Origin: Pseudomonadota bacterium
GTDB taxonomy: Bacteria > Bdellovibrionota_B > Oligoflexia > Oligoflexales > CAIMVM01
Assembly (NCBI GenBank): GCA_037142195.1
Contig: JBAXBA010000023.1
Coordinates: 1 to 46,115 of the forward strand
Direction of reading: 5' to 3'
Length of the DNA stretch: 46,115 nucleotides
This document shows, in pieces, positions 21,327-31,029 of this stretch. Position numbers and translations under genes: made by a program. Below the pieces are notes generated by a model. That model did not search any database, was not told where the DNA came from, and worked only from the letters and a program-made list of their open reading frames with translations. Each line of letters opens with the position of its first letter. The stretch's first letter is position 1.

Positions 21327-21448
21327 GCCAACTCCTCATAGTGCCTAATAGATCTACACGGCTTGCGCCGTCACAGGGGTGACATTTACCCCAAATTAGC
21401 AGGGTTACGATAGGGAAATGAAAAGCATTCTCGAAGATTTAGCTGGAT

Positions 21449-21481
21449 CTTAATACAATCTTTACACGTTTAGTCTATCCT
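21449..21481 (+). promoter_or_regulatory. putative pho box and -10 element upstream of pstS
   Basis: 11-bp-period repeat CTTAATACAAT/CTTTACACGTT (TTHACA-like) followed by TATCCT at 21476-21481. Confidence 0.5.
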
Positions 21482-21542
21482 CAAGCTACGGATTATGTTA
21501 CTCAATTGCTGTTACTGACTGATCACTATTTCTGGAGACCGA

Positions 21543-22442
21543 ATGAAAATCGCAACATTTTTACTAAGTAGCTTATTGAGCGCCCATGCCCTCGCTGGTT
21601 TAACAGGACAAGTTAGAATTGACGGATCCTCAACGGTTTTTCCCATTTCTGAAGCAGTAGCTGAAGAATTTCAAAAAGCGAACGCCGGTGTAAAAGTAAC
21701 TGTCGCCCAGTCTGGAACAGGCGGCGGATTTAAAAAGTTTGTGGCCAATGAAATCGATATTTCTGACGCTTCACGAACCATTAAAAAAGAAGAAGCCGAA
21801 GCTGCTCAAAAAGCTAATGTTCTTTGGACTGAAGTTCCCATTGCTTATGACGGAATCACCGTCGTAGTAAACCCCAAAAATACTTGGGTTAAGACTTTAA
21901 CCATGGAACAACTTAAGAAGATCTGGGAACCTGAGTCAAAAGTAAAAACTTGGAAGGATGTCGATGCCTCTTGGCCAGATTCCAAAATCAAACTTTATGG
22001 ACCAGGCGCCGACAGCGGCACGTTTGACTACTTCACCGAACATGTAAACGGCAAAGCCAAAGCTATTCGACCAGACTTTACGGCATCTGAAGATGATAAC
22101 GTTCTAGTGAAGGGTGTCGCTGGCGACAAAGATGCTCTAGGCTACTTCGGAATCTCTTACTATGAAGCCAACGCCAAAAAGCTAAAGTCCGTAGCCATTG
22201 CTGGGACGGATGGAAAGTTTGTATCACCAACTGTAGAGACTGTAAAAGACGGAACCTATCCCATTTCTCGCCCGCTATTCATTTATGTGAATCATGCTTC
22301 TTTAGCTAGAGCGGAAGTTGCCAACTTCGTAAGCTACTACCTTTCTAACGCTAAAAAACTGGTTGCGGAAACAGGCTATGTCCCCATGACCGAGGCACAG
22401 TATAAAGCAGGTATGGCGAAGATTGCTGCTATCAAGAAATAG
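21543..22442 (+). CDS. pstS: phosphate ABC transporter substrate-binding protein
   Basis: IDGSSTVFP, SGTGGGFKKF, DSGTFDYF, SEDDN, YPISRPLFIY; signal peptide. Confidence 0.96.
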   Translation: MKIATFLLSSLLSAHALAGLTGQVRIDGSSTVFPISEAVAEEFQKANAGVKVTVAQSGTGGGFKKFVANEIDISDASRTIKKEEAEAAQKANVLWTEVPIAYDGITVVVNPKNTWVKTLTMEQLKKIWEPESKVKTWKDVDASWPDSKIKLYGPGADSGTFDYFTEHVNGKAKAIRPDFTASEDDNVLVKGVAGDKDALGYFGISYYEANAKKLKSVAIAGTDGKFVSPTVETVKDGTYPISRPLFIYVNHASLARAEVANFVSYYLSNAKKLVAETGYVPMTEAQYKAGMAKIAAIKK

Positions 22443-22454
22443 CATTCACAAATT

Positions 22455-22504
22455 TTGACAATTTTATCGGTACCCCCTTCATTGGGGGCATTGATTTTTG
22501 TCAA
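22455..22504 (+). promoter_or_regulatory. pstS-pstC intercistronic stem-loop
   Basis: TTGACAA/TTGTCAA outer stem and CCCCC/GGGGG inner stem. Confidence 0.6.
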
Positions 22505-22528
22505 TGCGAACCGGCCACAGGGATCTCA

Positions 22529-23458
22529 ATGACACAAAGTGACCAACCACTTTCAGAATGGACCAACAAGGCTTATCGCAGGGCGCGATGGGAACAGATG
22601 TTTGTTCATTATTTGTTTTTGGCTATATCATCTGTGACGATCTTAACTACAATTGGCATAATTGCTACTTTGGCCATCGAATCTCAACATTTCTTTTCTC
22701 ATGTCACTTTTGGAGAATTTTTAACCGGGACCAAATGGGAACCACTTTTTGAGCCCAAAAAGTTCGGAGTCTTACCCATATTATGGGGAACGATGATGAT
22801 TGCGTTTGGCGCCTGCGTGATTGCAGTTCCCATTGGCGTTGGCATCGCGCTCTATTTAAGTGAATACGCCCACCCTAAAGTACGGGCTACGCTAAAACCA
22901 CTCATTGAGTTGCTTGCGGGCATTCCCAGTGTAGTTTTCGGCTACTTTGCTGTAACCATAATAACGCCTTTTTTACAAAGATTTTTACCTTCCACCGAAG
23001 TTTTTAACGCAGCTAGTGCTGCACTCACCGTCGGCATTATGATCATACCGGTGGTAGCTTCCTTGTCCGAGGATGCCTTCAGGTCTGTCCCTCAGTCTAT
23101 GCGCGATGCGGGATATGCCCTCGGTGCGACGCCTTTTGAAGTGAATTTAAGAGTCGTGATTCCTGCGGCTGTTTCAGGAATTATGGCTTCTGTAATACTT
23201 GCCTTTGCACGAGCCATTGGTGAGACTATGGCTGTCTCTCTAGCTGCAGGGTCTTCACCTAACTTAACTTTAAACTTTTTAGAACCGATTCAGACCATGA
23301 CAGGATTTATTGTACAAGTTTCCATGGGCGATGTTCAACATGGATCCATCGAATATCAATCGCTTTTCGCGGTTGCAGGAATGCTTTTCATTGTGACCAT
23401 GATTTTCAATAACCTGGCTAGAAAAGTTGTGACAAAAATGAAGCAGGCTTACGAATGA
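22529..23458 (+). CDS. pstC: phosphate ABC transporter permease
   Basis: LKPLIELLAGIPSVVFG, ARAIGETMAV. Confidence 0.96.
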   Translation: MTQSDQPLSEWTNKAYRRARWEQMFVHYLFLAISSVTILTTIGIIATLAIESQHFFSHVTFGEFLTGTKWEPLFEPKKFGVLPILWGTMMIAFGACVIAVPIGVGIALYLSEYAHPKVRATLKPLIELLAGIPSVVFGYFAVTIITPFLQRFLPSTEVFNAASAALTVGIMIIPVVASLSEDAFRSVPQSMRDAGYALGATPFEVNLRVVIPAAVSGIMASVILAFARAIGETMAVSLAAGSSPNLTLNFLEPIQTMTGFIVQVSMGDVQHGSIEYQSLFAVAGMLFIVTMIFNNLARKVVTKMKQAYE

Positions 23459-24372
23459 TAAACCTCGATTTTTATAGCGCTGCTTCTGCAAAAAGCAATC
23501 ACCCTTTGCTAGATCAAAGAGGCAACCTCGGCACACGCAAGCTGAAATCCTATTTTTTTGCATTTATGTGCTTTTTTGCCACTGTTTCCGTGATTGGTCT
23601 CATTGCCTATCTTATTTTAGATACTTTTCTGCAAGGTGGCGCGTGGATAAATGCAGATTTCTTTACTAATTTCGCTTCGCGAATGCCAGATAAATCAGGA
23701 ATTAAAGCCGCATTATTTGGCACCATCTGGCTTCTGGGAATTACAGCTTTATTTTCGATTCCCGTAGGTGTGATTTCTGGAATCTATTTAGAAGAGCTCA
23801 TGAAGAGAGGTTTTTTTCACAAATTTATTTCCGTAAATGTCAGTAATTTGGCCGGAGTCCCCTCAGTAGTTTACGGGATTTTTGGCTTGGCTTTTTTTGT
23901 ACGCATGCTGGGTTTTGAGCGCTCCCTTTTATCTGGAGCTCTCACCCTCTCCCTGATGAGCCTTCCGGTTATTATCATCTCCACCCGTGAGGCCATTGCT
24001 GCCGTGCCATCTTCCATAAAGATGGGTGCATTAGCCATGGGAGCCACCAAATGGCAAACCGCTCGAGATCATATTTTTCCGACAGCGCTGCCTGGAATTC
24101 TTACTGGGGTTATTTTGGCGCTTTCTCGAGCTATAGGTGAAACCGCCCCTCTGATTATACTTGGAGCTGTAAGTTTCATTGCCTTCGTTCCTGAAGGTTG
24201 GAACGACGGATATACAGCTCTTCCTATGCAGATTTACACTTGGGTATCAAAGCCACAAGAAGACTTTCATCAATTGGCAGCGGCTACTATCATTGTGCTG
24301 CTTGGTGTCCTTCTCGTAGCTAATTCCATAGCAATTTTCATTCGAATTCGATCGCGCAAGGTGAAATTATGA
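23455..24372 (+). CDS. pstA: phosphate ABC transporter permease
   Basis: [27 protein letters not shown] overlap. Confidence 0.96.
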   Translation: MINLDFYSAASAKSNHPLLDQRGNLGTRKLKSYFFAFMCFFATVSVIGLIAYLILDTFLQGGAWINADFFTNFASRMPDKSGIKAALFGTIWLLGITALFSIPVGVISGIYLEELMKRGFFHKFISVNVSNLAGVPSVVYGIFGLAFFVRMLGFERSLLSGALTLSLMSLPVIIISTREAIAAVPSSIKMGALAMGATKWQTARDHIFPTALPGILTGVILALSRAIGETAPLIILGAVSFIAFVPEGWNDGYTALPMQIYTWVSKPQEDFHQLAAATIIVLLGVLLVANSIAIFIRIRSRKVKL

Positions 24373-25124
24373 ACGCAGAAACTGTGATTGAAGTCCAAAA
24401 AGTGGGGATCTGGTATGGCGAAAACAAAGCTGTAAAAGACATCAATTTGTCTATAGAACGCCAGAAGGTATTTGCTCTTATTGGTCCTTCAGGCTGTGGT
24501 AAGTCGACATTACTTCGATGTTTTAACCGCATGAATGACTTCGTCGATGGATTTAGAATCGAAGGAAGTATTTCGTATCGCGGCATGAATATTTACGACA
24601 AGAAAGTCGATCCTGTGGTGGTGAGAAAATGTATAGGAATGGTATTTCAAAAGCCCAATCCCTTTCCTTCTAGTATTTTTGAAAACATCGCCTGGGCCCC
24701 CAGAATCAATGGATATAAAGGTGATATTAGTGAACTTGTGGAAACGTCCTTAACTAAAGCTGGGCTTTGGAAAGAAGTTAAAGACCGACTTAAGTCTTCT
24801 GGCTTTTCCTTATCTGGAGGTCAGCAACAACGCCTCTGCATTGCTAGAACCATAGCTATGCAGCCAGACGTAATCTTGATGGATGAGCCTTGCTCTGCCC
24901 TAGATCCTATATCTACCAGCATTATTGAAGACCTAATCGCAGAGCTCAAGAAGCAGTATTCCATTGTTATCGTGACCCACAGCATGCAACAGGCTGCTCG
25001 AGTCAGCGATCAAACTGCGTTTTTGTACCGAGGCGATCTTATTGAGATGGGAGATACCTCAAAAATCTTTTCTATGCCTGACCAGAAGCTCACAAAAGAG
25101 TATATTTCGGGGAAGTTCGGCTAG
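24369..25124 (+). CDS. pstB: phosphate ABC transporter ATP-binding protein
   Basis: [38 protein letters not shown]-terminal YISGKFG. Confidence 0.97.
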   Translation: MNAETVIEVQKVGIWYGENKAVKDINLSIERQKVFALIGPSGCGKSTLLRCFNRMNDFVDGFRIEGSISYRGMNIYDKKVDPVVVRKCIGMVFQKPNPFPSSIFENIAWAPRINGYKGDISELVETSLTKAGLWKEVKDRLKSSGFSLSGGQQQRLCIARTIAMQPDVILMDEPCSALDPISTSIIEDLIAELKKQYSIVIVTHSMQQAARVSDQTAFLYRGDLIEMGDTSKIFSMPDQKLTKEYISGKFG

Positions 25125-25461
25125 TTTGTCACCTAGCTGCTATCCTTTTGTCTGACAATCGAACCAGAAGGAAGTCCCTAGTGCGTTCCTCTTTGCTGCG
25201 GATTCCCTCCTGCAGATTAAAAACGCCGCTCTAGCCGCCTACGTTTGCAGGCTTGAATGAATGGGTTTGAGCGCTTGAGAAAGCTCGCTACTCTTCGAAA
25301 ACTCACCTGAGTGCGCCTCCCATCCTAAGCTACTACTCGCTAGACGAGTTCAGCTTCAAGCAAAACTCACTGTTCGTGGAGCGTCGCTACAGAAATTATT
25401 GGGACCTCGTTCAAAAAAATGATTTTTTAAGCTATGATGAACAGAAAGGGGAATTTTTCGA

Positions 25462-26031
25462 ATGAAATCCTTAGTTTTTGCCATTGCAGCCGCGGCCTTT
25501 TCTCACATTGCCAAGGCCGAAGAACTCCTGACTGACTATGACAAATGGTCTTTAAAGGTTTCTCCAGTTGAGTTCCGGGGAGGAAACCATAAGCCCGGCA
25601 AAACCACAGACTACTATGTTAAACTTGAAGTTGTAGTCTCTGACAAAACAAACAAATCTGCAGAAAAACTTTCCTCAGAACTAATGGTTACAGGACCTAT
25701 AGACACGAATCCATTAGCTTGGCGTAAGCCGACTGATTCAGAACTAGTTGATTTATCCATGGAAGTGCAAGGCGAAGATTTTCGAAAAAGTTTAAGCCAA
25801 GCTATGGCGAAAGTCGGTAAACTTGAAGATCAGTTTGCACTGGAATTAAAATTTACCGCCTTTAAAAAACCCTTGATTCCTTACTTTCAGAAGCCTGAAA
25901 CCGTTGGTACTACACTGTTAAAGCCCGAAACCTATCTGCAATCTAGCCCAACCACAAGCCTTGATATCCCCTTAGGGCTTGGCGGTATTTTGAAATACAA
26001 GCTTATCCCTACTGGATCGGTGAAAAAATAA
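25462..26031 (+). CDS. hypothetical exported protein
   Basis: 189-aa ORF with Sec signal (..AKA|EE) and AAAGGGG upstream. Confidence 0.7.
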   Translation: MKSLVFAIAAAAFSHIAKAEELLTDYDKWSLKVSPVEFRGGNHKPGKTTDYYVKLEVVVSDKTNKSAEKLSSELMVTGPIDTNPLAWRKPTDSELVDLSMEVQGEDFRKSLSQAMAKVGKLEDQFALELKFTAFKKPLIPYFQKPETVGTTLLKPETYLQSSPTTSLDIPLGLGGILKYKLIPTGSVKK

Positions 26032-26044
26032 TTGGAAATTGAGA

Positions 26045-26497
26045 TTAAAGCGCCGCAAGCACTTCATCCACATGACCAGCTACTTTCACCTTCCACCAAA
26101 TTTTTTCAATCGTTCCATTTTCGCTTATTAGAAACGTAGATCTAACAATCCCCAAAACTTTTTTGCCATACATGTTCTTTTCTTGAATCACGTCGAATGC
26201 TTTGCATAGAGACTCATCTTCGTCTGATAAAAGGGTAAAAGGTAGTTGGTGCTTTTCGCGAAACTTAACATGGCTAGAAACGGAATCTCTACTGACCCCG
26301 AGTATTTCCACTCCTTTTTTGCGAATCTTGGCATAGTTATCTCGAAAATCACAAGCTTCTGTGGTACAGCCTGGAGTCATATCCCTGGGGTAAAAGAAGA
26401 GAACTATTTTTTTACCCTTAAAATCTTTTAACTTAACCTCATTTCCGTCTTGGTCCGTTGATTTAAACTGAGGTGCTTTCTGTCCCTCTTCCATCAT
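26045..26497 (-). CDS. bcp: thioredoxin-dependent thiol peroxidase (BCP/PrxQ)
   Basis: FFYPRDMTPGCTTEACDF, RSTFLI; AAGGAG RBS. Confidence 0.95.
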   Translation of the reverse strand: MMEEGQKAPQFKSTDQDGNEVKLKDFKGKKIVLFFYPRDMTPGCTTEACDFRDNYAKIRKKGVEILGVSRDSVSSHVKFREKHQLPFTLLSDEDESLCKAFDVIQEKNMYGKKVLGIVRSTFLISENGTIEKIWWKVKVAGHVDEVLAAL

Positions 26498-26948
26498 CTT
26501 AAGTCTCCTTCTTAATTTTAGAATCTCTATGGTGGTACCTATATCACTTTATTTCAGATTCTTCAAAAAAATCTGAACTCGTAAACACCAAAGGCTCCTT
26601 TTTATACCCAATACCGGTTATTGCTGGTCTTGCAATAACTTTAAAGGTCAACTATATGGCTAGGATAGAGCCAGTCCCTCGATACTACTCGTCAAAGTTT
26701 ACAAAACAAGATGTGTACCTGAAATCAAAACTCAAGAGCGGCGGAAAGGCCTTTTTGTTATTGCCGTGTTGTGCGTGCTTCGCATTCGCCTTCACTGCAA
26801 AACAGCGACTTATCAAAATACTAGGGAATCAAAATGGACCTATGAAACCAAATTTGAAAGTGAAAACATAGGAGCAGTCTTTGCATATCTCCCCTTGTCG
26901 ACTATAATACAGAAATCATATCTCCTGCTCAAAAAAAGGACTTCCAAA

Positions 26949-28085
26949 ATGGCAAAAGGTAGAATAACAGCTATGCTTTTCTTAAGTATTCTAGGGCAAA
27001 TGTCGTGTCGATCAGGTTCTCCCATGGGCAGTCAAGATTTAGCTGCTGTAGCCACACCAGATCACAGCCCATCCCTGCCCCTTCATAAGCTGGAAAGCTG
27101 GTTGGAATCGGAAGAAAATGAAACTAAAATAACTCAGGACGCCATAGATTTTGGCAAGACTTTTGCTATGGGAAAAGGAACGCGGGACGCACACACGAAA
27201 GCTCATGGTTGTGTAAAAGGCACCTTTACTGTCAATCCCAACATTCCAGAAGATCTGAAGGTTGGATTTTTTGCGAAGCCTGCCACCTACAAGTCTTGGA
27301 TTCGTTTTTCTAACTCCGCTCCTGAAATCAAGCCAGATGGTGCTCGAGGAGCACTAGGCATGGCCATTAAAGTTATTGGTGGAAACTCTGCCGACAAAAG
27401 CGTTGCTATTTTGCCCAATAGTAGTCAGGATTTCTTATTGGTAAACCATCCCAATTTTATTGTCGAAAACATTCGTGACTACATGGCAGTTCAAAAAGAT
27501 CCGCAAGCTTATATAAAAAATCCTCTTCATTTGGCAACAGCAGGTATATTTCTAAAGATTCTCGGGAAAAAAATTGCCAATCCCTTAGAAACTCAATACT
27601 GGAGCATGGCAGCTTATGCCTTAGGAGAGAATAAGGCCGTTAAATATACGACCGTTCCTTGCTCTTCGGAAGTTTCGCGTTATCCGGAGTCGCCTTCTGA
27701 AAACTTATTGTCTGAGAACCTTGCTAAAACATTAGCTACGAAGGGTGTTTGCTTTGAGTTTAAAGTTCAGCGTTTTGTAAATCTCCAACGCACCCCTGTT
27801 GAAAATCCCATGCAAGAATGGAAAGAGAAAGATCTCTTCAATTTCTCAAACCCATTTGAAACCGTTGGAAGAGTCACGATACCCGCACAAACATTCCACT
27901 CTCCAAATCAAGAACAATTTTGTGAAAATATCTCCTATAATCCATGGAACACTACCATGGAAAATCGTCCTTTAGGAAATCTAAATCGCGCAAGGCGCAG
28001 CGTATATAAAGAAATCGCGAAGGCCCGACATGAAAAAAACGCGGCGACATTTCCCTCAGAGCCTACTGGCAATGAAGTTTTTTAG
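26949..28085 (+). CDS. catalase-related heme protein, putative lipoprotein
   Basis: RDAHTKAHGC (distal His), IRFSN, DFLLVNHP, RPLGNLNRARRSVY (proximal Tyr); AAAGGA before ATG 26949 and a signal ending QMSC (ORF track starts 26766). Confidence 0.88.
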   Translation: MAKGRITAMLFLSILGQMSCRSGSPMGSQDLAAVATPDHSPSLPLHKLESWLESEENETKITQDAIDFGKTFAMGKGTRDAHTKAHGCVKGTFTVNPNIPEDLKVGFFAKPATYKSWIRFSNSAPEIKPDGARGALGMAIKVIGGNSADKSVAILPNSSQDFLLVNHPNFIVENIRDYMAVQKDPQAYIKNPLHLATAGIFLKILGKKIANPLETQYWSMAAYALGENKAVKYTTVPCSSEVSRYPESPSENLLSENLAKTLATKGVCFEFKVQRFVNLQRTPVENPMQEWKEKDLFNFSNPFETVGRVTIPAQTFHSPNQEQFCENISYNPWNTTMENRPLGNLNRARRSVYKEIAKARHEKNAATFPSEPTGNEVF

Positions 28086-28288
28086 CTCATCTGGGTGGGG
28101 CACGGACGAAATGGAAGGCGCATTGCTATATCAAATTATGGAAATATAGACTCATTTGACTGATGTGAGACTTCCTATAAATGAAATCTCCGAACACAAA
28201 TGCAACAGGAAATATTTGTCCAGGTGTGATCAAAACTGCAGAAAGAATTCAGTAAGATTCCAAAGTTTTTTAAAAGTTTATAGGTTTC

Positions 28289-28319
28289 GGGGGCTTATGT
28301 TTTTAAAACATAGGCCTCT
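28289..28319 (+). terminator. hairpin between catalase-like and di-heme genes (possible terminator or operator)
   Basis: GGGGGCTTATGTTT-TTA-AAACATAGGCCTCT, 14 bp including G-U; weak T tail. Confidence 0.35.
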
Positions 28320-28493
28320 TATAGTATTTGCCTAGCTTCCTTGGACTTGGATCAAAAAATCGACCTTCGTCTAGAGGACTTAACCATTTATTTGATCGAG
28401 ATGGCCGTCCTTAGTTGAGACAATCTGTAGTAAAATAGGTCTATCGCCTAGACGCAAGATTCTGCACGAACTCATTTGAAAATAGGAAATACT

Positions 28494-30593
28494 ATGAAAC
28501 TTCGCCCTCTCATAAGTTTTCATGCTTTATTGCTTTCATCCGCAAGCCTCCTGTTGTTTGCCTCATCTTGCAAACCAAGCGAAGTTGCTGAAGATTCTGC
28601 CACCTTATCTACTACTTCTAGTCGTCCCGGACTTAAGTCTAGGTGGCTTATGCCTTGGCCAGATTCACCTGCCTGGAAAGCAAAATGGTCCACTCGCCTA
28701 GAAGCTATGAAACAAAACCACCAAGTGCCTCCTGTGGACTCCTTGGGGAATCCCAATATAGAAGCTAGATCTATGTGGTACAATACAGCCCAGGGCTCTT
28801 TTATGTTTCCATTGCCTCTTTTTTTAGAACTAGAGTTAGACAATGGTAACAAATTTGCTTCTCAAAAGAACATGTCCCAATTTGGTTTCGTATTTCCGCC
28901 AGATTCCGATGCGGCCCTAGAAGGAAAAAATACAAAGTATTCCCTACAAGGACTTCCTCTTGGATTTGTGAAGGAGAAAGATAAAAGACCTGAAATGCTA
29001 GGCTCTACTGCGGTAGGTGTAACTTGCGCGGCATGTCACACCGGAGAAATCGTTTCCAAAAATGTAAGATTTGTAATTGATGGGGGACAGCCCCTAGTGG
29101 ACTTTCCTAAATTCCAATCGGCCCTAGTTTCCGTGGTTACCAAGTACAAGCAAGACCCAAATAAGCTTGCAACCTTATGTAGCAACGCCCAAAAACGTGA
29201 GTCATCACTTTTTCGGGAAGAAACTGACAGAATCTACTCAGACAAATCAAAATGTATAAGCCACTTTAATTTTGCAGCTACCTATCTTCTGGGGCGGGAA
29301 AAGCGCAACAAACCGGCTACCAATGGAGGCCCTGGCCGCTTGGATGCCGTCGCACAACTTCTCAACGAGCTAGCTGCTACACATTTGAAACTAGATGAAG
29401 CCCGAAATACGGTGAGACCAGCCGCACCCATAAGCTTTCCACACCTCTGGAACGCCCCTCATTTAGAGTGTGTTCAAACCAACTGTTTGGCTAGAAATCC
29501 TCTTACAAGAAATATGGGCGAAGTAACTGGCGTCTTTGGCTACCTTTCCATTGAGGGCCGAGATGAATCCACAGCAAATGTGAACTCCAAACTTTCTGAC
29601 CCGCAAACAAGAAACCATTTTGAGAACTTCCTCAACTCCGTAGGCAACGGAATCGCGAGTACAAAAAGCGAACTTATTGATGCCAATTTTCCAAAGGTAA
29701 AAACAGGATCTGATCTTTTTAAGATCTTTTGGCTGGAGGATGCTTTAAGCGAACTACCTTCTCCAAAGTGGTCAGAAGCCTTTAAAGCTGAGCATCTCAT
29801 AGATCAAAAATTGGCCGCCCGCGGAAAAGAAATCTACTTCAAAGAGCAATTTTCTTTCGACAATCGCAAGGTAAGTTGTGCTGGATGCCATGTCATTGCT
29901 GACCTAAATAATCCTGCAAGCTTGGCTTCCGAGGAAGCTTCCTCAGATGGAAAGAAGCGTTTTTTCAGATCTACGAGGGTTGCTCCTGAAGTTGTAGGCA
30001 CAGATATGGCTTTTCTTATGGAAGCTGCTAGTCGAACCTATGCCCAGAAGGAGCTCCCCCTTTCTTTCAAGCTGTTCTATGACATAGCTCTAAAACAAGT
30101 TCCAAACCCTTTAGCCGACAAGACCGCTTTAGTCATATTCGGTATTACTAACAAATTTGCATTAGATGCCTGGATCAAAGCCAATAACCTCAGCGATAAA
30201 GATGTCGAGGAAATGACACACTTCCATTCCAACTCCAAAGACTTTGCAGCTGCGTTTTATAAAGCTAGACCCCTTGATGGAATTGCGTTTTCAGCACCTT
30301 ACCTTCACAATGGTTCTGTCCCAAGCCTTTATGATCTATTTATGGTGGATGGGGCTAGGCCCAATAAATTTCAAGTGGGTACCTTGGAATATGATGATAA
30401 AAAAGTGGGCTACAAAACCCAAGGAGTAGGCTTCTTTGATTACGGCACTTTTGAGTTTGATACTTCGAAAGGAAAATCTGATTTGAGAGGAAATGGCCAA
30501 GTTTACGGCAATAGAAATTCAGGCCATGCATGGGGAACTGGTCTTGAGAAACAAGATAAAATTGCACTTGTAGAGTACCTTAAGTCACTTTAA
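28494..30593 (+). CDS. di-heme cytochrome c peroxidase/RoxA-like protein, putative lipoprotein
   Basis: Two CxxCH (CAACH, CAGCH); GPGRLDA; YKARPLDGI..SAPYLHNGSVPSL; GNRNSGH; signal ending ASSC; ATG 28494 (track TTG 28476). Confidence 0.88.
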   Translation: MKLRPLISFHALLLSSASLLLFASSCKPSEVAEDSATLSTTSSRPGLKSRWLMPWPDSPAWKAKWSTRLEAMKQNHQVPPVDSLGNPNIEARSMWYNTAQGSFMFPLPLFLELELDNGNKFASQKNMSQFGFVFPPDSDAALEGKNTKYSLQGLPLGFVKEKDKRPEMLGSTAVGVTCAACHTGEIVSKNVRFVIDGGQPLVDFPKFQSALVSVVTKYKQDPNKLATLCSNAQKRESSLFREETDRIYSDKSKCISHFNFAATYLLGREKRNKPATNGGPGRLDAVAQLLNELAATHLKLDEARNTVRPAAPISFPHLWNAPHLECVQTNCLARNPLTRNMGEVTGVFGYLSIEGRDESTANVNSKLSDPQTRNHFENFLNSVGNGIASTKSELIDANFPKVKTGSDLFKIFWLEDALSELPSPKWSEAFKAEHLIDQKLAARGKEIYFKEQFSFDNRKVSCAGCHVIADLNNPASLASEEASSDGKKRFFRSTRVAPEVVGTDMAFLMEAASRTYAQKELPLSFKLFYDIALKQVPNPLADKTALVIFGITNKFALDAWIKANNLSDKDVEEMTHFHSNSKDFAAAFYKARPLDGIAFSAPYLHNGSVPSLYDLFMVDGARPNKFQVGTLEYDDKKVGYKTQGVGFFDYGTFEFDTSKGKSDLRGNGQVYGNRNSGHAWGTGLEKQDKIALVEYLKSL

Positions 30594-30619
30594 TTTAGTT
30601 TCCTAATATTTAGATTCTG

Positions 30620-30652
30620 AAAAACATCGGGTTTAAAAACCGATGTTTTTTT
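30620..30652 (+). terminator. intrinsic terminator
   Basis: AAAAACATCGG/CCGATGTTTTT stem with T7 tail after the di-heme gene. Confidence 0.8.
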
Positions 30653-31029
30653 GCGTCAATGCAAATCGGCTTGTGCTTTACTGGTGCACAGTCCTTGGCT
30701 GGCTTTTCGAGATATTATCTTGCTTTGGGATGGCTCCATATCCGGTACTCCAAAATTCTTCCCCTCGCGCCAAAAAAGCTGGCGCTAGTTTCCTTTTCCA
30801 TCCAGCTAGCTGAGTCTTCCCAAGAAACGGGAGCGCTACATAGGCCTTTGCTGCTTTTTGCATAGCGCCGCAAACCCCTATCAACTCCGACTTTTTATAC
30901 AGTCTGAAAAGTATTTCATTGCCTAGCTCTGACTAAATTCATACTATCATCTCATGAGTCTAACTAGGTCTACGAATACGCGTGGAAACGAGCCCTGGGT
31001 GGTGACGTTTCCACTTCTGGAGGTCCCCC

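Noticed and set aside
26656..26948. 71-aa ORF and the N-terminal extension of the catalase-like ORF
   Set aside because: The RBS and signal peptide point to ATG 26949; the upstream frames look non-coding
30659..30884. Short 68-aa ORFs on both strands after the di-heme terminator
   Set aside because: No RBS or motifs; probably spurious
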